A DNA stretch of 64,000 nucleotides. Source: Spirochaetia bacterium (GTDB lineage Bacteria > Spirochaetota > Spirochaetia > SZUA-6 > Bin103). Below, in pieces: positions 61,796 through 64,000 of this stretch. A program made the translations under genes and the position numbers. Below the pieces are notes generated by a model, which saw only the letters and a list, made by a program, of their open reading frames with translations, did not search any database and had not been told where the DNA came from. Location: NCBI GenBank assembly GCA_965203905.1, contig CBDBDQ010000005.1, forward strand, positions 2,432,001 to 2,496,000. Reading direction: 5' to 3'. Positions within the stretch are counted from its first letter, which is position 1. Each line of letters starts with the position of its first letter.

Positions 61796-64000
61796 ATGCG
61801 ACGCCATCTCGCGCTGTGGTGCCTGGCGGGACTGCTCGGGAGTGTTCCGCTGCCGGCCCAGCAGCGCCCGGCCATTGCGGTGGACGCAACCAGTTCGCTG
61901 CCAGCGTTACCTGGCGGCCAGTTCGCCGCCAGCGTCGCCTGGCTGCTCGGAGAGTGGTACGGACGGTACGTGATCGGACATCCGGCGGTCGATTCCGCGG
62001 AGCGCCCGCCGTGGCGGCTGCGACTTGCCGTTGCCGCGGGAGCCCATGGCGTGAATTTGCACAGCGAGCTGGTCGCTCCGGACGGGAGCGCAACAACGCG
62101 CAGCGCCTGGCTGCCGCCGGGCTCGCTCGGCGCCCTCACCGCAACGGCAGCGGCCGACGGCTTCTGGCTATGGGCGCAAGCGCGGCGATTCCCCCACCTC
62201 GCGGCGCTGGCGCCGGCACCGGCGCGTGCCGCGCTGCTGCCCGCGCAAGCCGTGAGCCGGCTCGGCCGGCAGCCACCTGCGGCAGCCGCGGCGCGCGTTG
62301 CCGCGGGCGCCTCCGGCGGCATCCTGATGCTGCTGCCCGACGGTCCGCTGGCTCTGGGAAGCAGGTTCGAGATCACGCCGGACACCGTGCTGTGGCTCAG
62401 CTGGCGGGAACACGCGCCGCCCGGACCGTGGCGCGGACTCTACCCGCTGGCCGACGGCCGGGTCGTGCTGCAGCCGGCGGCGGGGCCTCCCCTGCTCGTG
62501 GATCCCTACCTGGAGGGAAGCAACGCCGCCGACCGCGGGCCCGAAACCGCGACCGCAGCACTGCTCACGGTCACGCCCAGCGGCGCGCAGGTGTTGCATC
62601 GTCCGGGGCTCCTGGAGGTGCTGCAGCCGGCGGGCAGCGGCAGCACTGCGACCACCCTGGAGGTGCCCGTCGGCAGCATCGCCGCCACCGCCGTTACCGG
62701 CGACCGGCGCGGCGCGGTTTGGGCGTTCGATCCCCGTGAGCGCCGCATTCGCGTGTTCGCCCCCGGTACCGGCGACCGGTCCGAGCTGCGCCAGCTCTAC
62801 GCGGTTACTCCACTGCTGCCGTGGGAGGAGCTCTCCGCCTTGCAGACGATCGCCCTGACCGCCGACGGCCACCTGCTGCTCGGGTCCCGGCGGGGAATCT
62901 GGAAGCTCGATTACCGCGGGCTGCCGCTGTGGTCCCTGGGCGTGCTGGGCACGCGACCGCGACAGCGGTTGCCGCAGGCGTTCACCGTAGTGCCCCTGGC
63001 GGATGCGACGGCGTTCCTGCTGCTCGACCGTTCCACCGGCGTGCTGCATCGCTTCGTGGAGCAGCCGCAGCAAGAGTCAGGAACCGGGCAGACTCCACTG
63101 CTGTTGCGTCCGGACAGCTCCCCCTCGCCACCGGGAGCGCTTCCCAGAGCCTTGACCGGCAGCGCTCTGCGCGCCGCCGAGCAGGCCTGGCAGCGGCACT
63201 ACCCCGAGGCCGCCCTCCGGCTGCTCGCCGCGGCGCGCCGCCACCTGAGCCGCTGGCGGGCCGCCGACCCGCTGGCGCGGGACGCCGACCGGCATGCCGC
63301 CGCCATCGAGGCGCTGGGCGAGTCGGTGGAGCGGGGTCTCTACGGAGAGCCCCTCTTCGCCCTGCAGGTCGCGCCGGACACGTATCACCCGGCGCTGCAA
63401 TCCCACTACCTGGAACATCCGTTCCGCCTCTCCCTGCACAACCGCAGCGATCGCCCGGTCCAGCCGGTGGTGGAGGTGGGCGTGGCCGGAACCACGCGCT
63501 CCGCCAGGCTGCACGCGCCAACCATCGCGGCTGGCGCCACGACCACGCTCCCGGCGCCGCTCCATGCGCCTGCCACGCACGGCGCCACCGACCTGGCGCG
63601 CGAGGTGTCGCTGTGGCTGCGTGCCGCTCCCGTCGAGGGGGCTCCGGCGGTGCTGGCGCACACGCCGCTCGTGCTGGAGGCGCGGCGCTGCGTCCCGGAA
63701 GGTGCGCCTCGGGCCAGTGCCGCCCACGCCGCGTTCCTGGGTTGGCACGCGGCTGCCGCGGACGCCACGCTGACCACCCTGGCGGCCATGCCGCTGGCGA
63801 CCCACGAGCTGGTGGACGCGCTGGCCCGGCTCGCGGAAGTACACGCTGCCGGAGCGCCATGCAGCCTGCAGCCCGTGGCCCACACGCTGGCTTCCGGATC
63901 CGGAACCGCCACCGACTGGACGCTGGCACTGGCGGCGCTGCTCGCCCGCCGCGGCGACCCGGCGCTGCTTCTGCTCAGCGCCGAGCATCCGGCCATGATA
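61796..64000 (+). CDS. Large secreted hypothetical protein, runs off the window; beta-rich middle and degenerate transglutaminase-like C-terminal part
   Basis: Absent from the ORF track because no stop is reached; MRRHLALWCLAGLLGSVPLPAQ signal-peptide-like start; ends QPVAHTLASGSGTATDWTLALAALLARRG..LLLLSAEH. Confidence 0.65.
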   Translation, partial: MRRHLALWCLAGLLGSVPLPAQQRPAIAVDATSSLPALPGGQFAASVAWLLGEWYGRYVIGHPAVDSAERPPWRLRLAVAAGAHGVNLHSELVAPDGSATTRSAWLPPGSLGALTATAAADGFWLWAQARRFPHLAALAPAPARAALLPAQAVSRLGRQPPAAAAARVAAGASGGILMLLPDGPLALGSRFEITPDTVLWLSWREHAPPGPWRGLYPLADGRVVLQPAAGPPLLVDPYLEGSNAADRGPETATAALLTVTPSGAQVLHRPGLLEVLQPAGSGSTATTLEVPVGSIAATAVTGDRRGAVWAFDPRERRIRVFAPGTGDRSELRQLYAVTPLLPWEELSALQTIALTADGHLLLGSRRGIWKLDYRGLPLWSLGVLGTRPRQRLPQAFTVVPLADATAFLLLDRSTGVLHRFVEQPQQESGTGQTPLLLRPDSSPSPPGALPRALTGSALRAAEQAWQRHYPEAALRLLAAARRHLSRWRAADPLARDADRHAAAIEALGESVERGLYGEPLFALQVAPDTYHPALQSHYLEHPFRLSLHNRSDRPVQPVVEVGVAGTTRSARLHAPTIAAGATTTLPAPLHAPATHGATDLAREVSLWLRAAPVEGAPAVLAHTPLVLEARRCVPEGAPRASAAHAAFLGWHAAAADATLTTLAAMPLATHELVDALARLAEVHAAGAPCSLQPVAHTLASGSGTATDWTLALAALLARRGDPALLLLSAEHPAMI

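Overview
High-GC bacterial chromosome segment, probably from a Spirochaetota member. This is inferred from the archaeal-type PyrH, a FemX-like transferase, MurE with EDCR in place of DNPR, and LolA/HflKC. Most of the window is housekeeping: murB, a ppgK-tal-glycogen debranching-GH63 carbohydrate cluster, katG, fabH/fabD/fabG/fabF, fur, flotillin yqiJK, argS, tRNA-Leu(CAA), pyrH, uvrD/pcrA, rplM-rpsI, recX, acyP, eno, hflKC and murE. It also holds a rearranged selenocysteine-containing NAD-linked formate dehydrogenase operon (in-frame UGA plus SECIS, split by the ORF track). Three visibly lower-GC accessory islets carry defence-like genes: (1) a decayed HD-dNTPase plus YwgA-like pair at the left edge; (2) an ABC/AAA ATPase plus a frameshifted DUF4276-like gene; (3) the best candidate for a novel system, an intact ubiquitin-like conjugation operon at 39.8-43.8 kb (Ubl, E2-like with Ser at the expected catalytic position, JAB-E1 fusion). 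Islet 3 is transcribed divergently from an XRE/ImmA-IrrE metallopeptidase and a PIN nuclease across a palindromic operator. An NDH-2 fused to a membrane module that is repeated three times in the next gene is also notable. No CRISPR array, rRNA, integrase or transposase was seen. All calls come from motif reading; no database searches were run.
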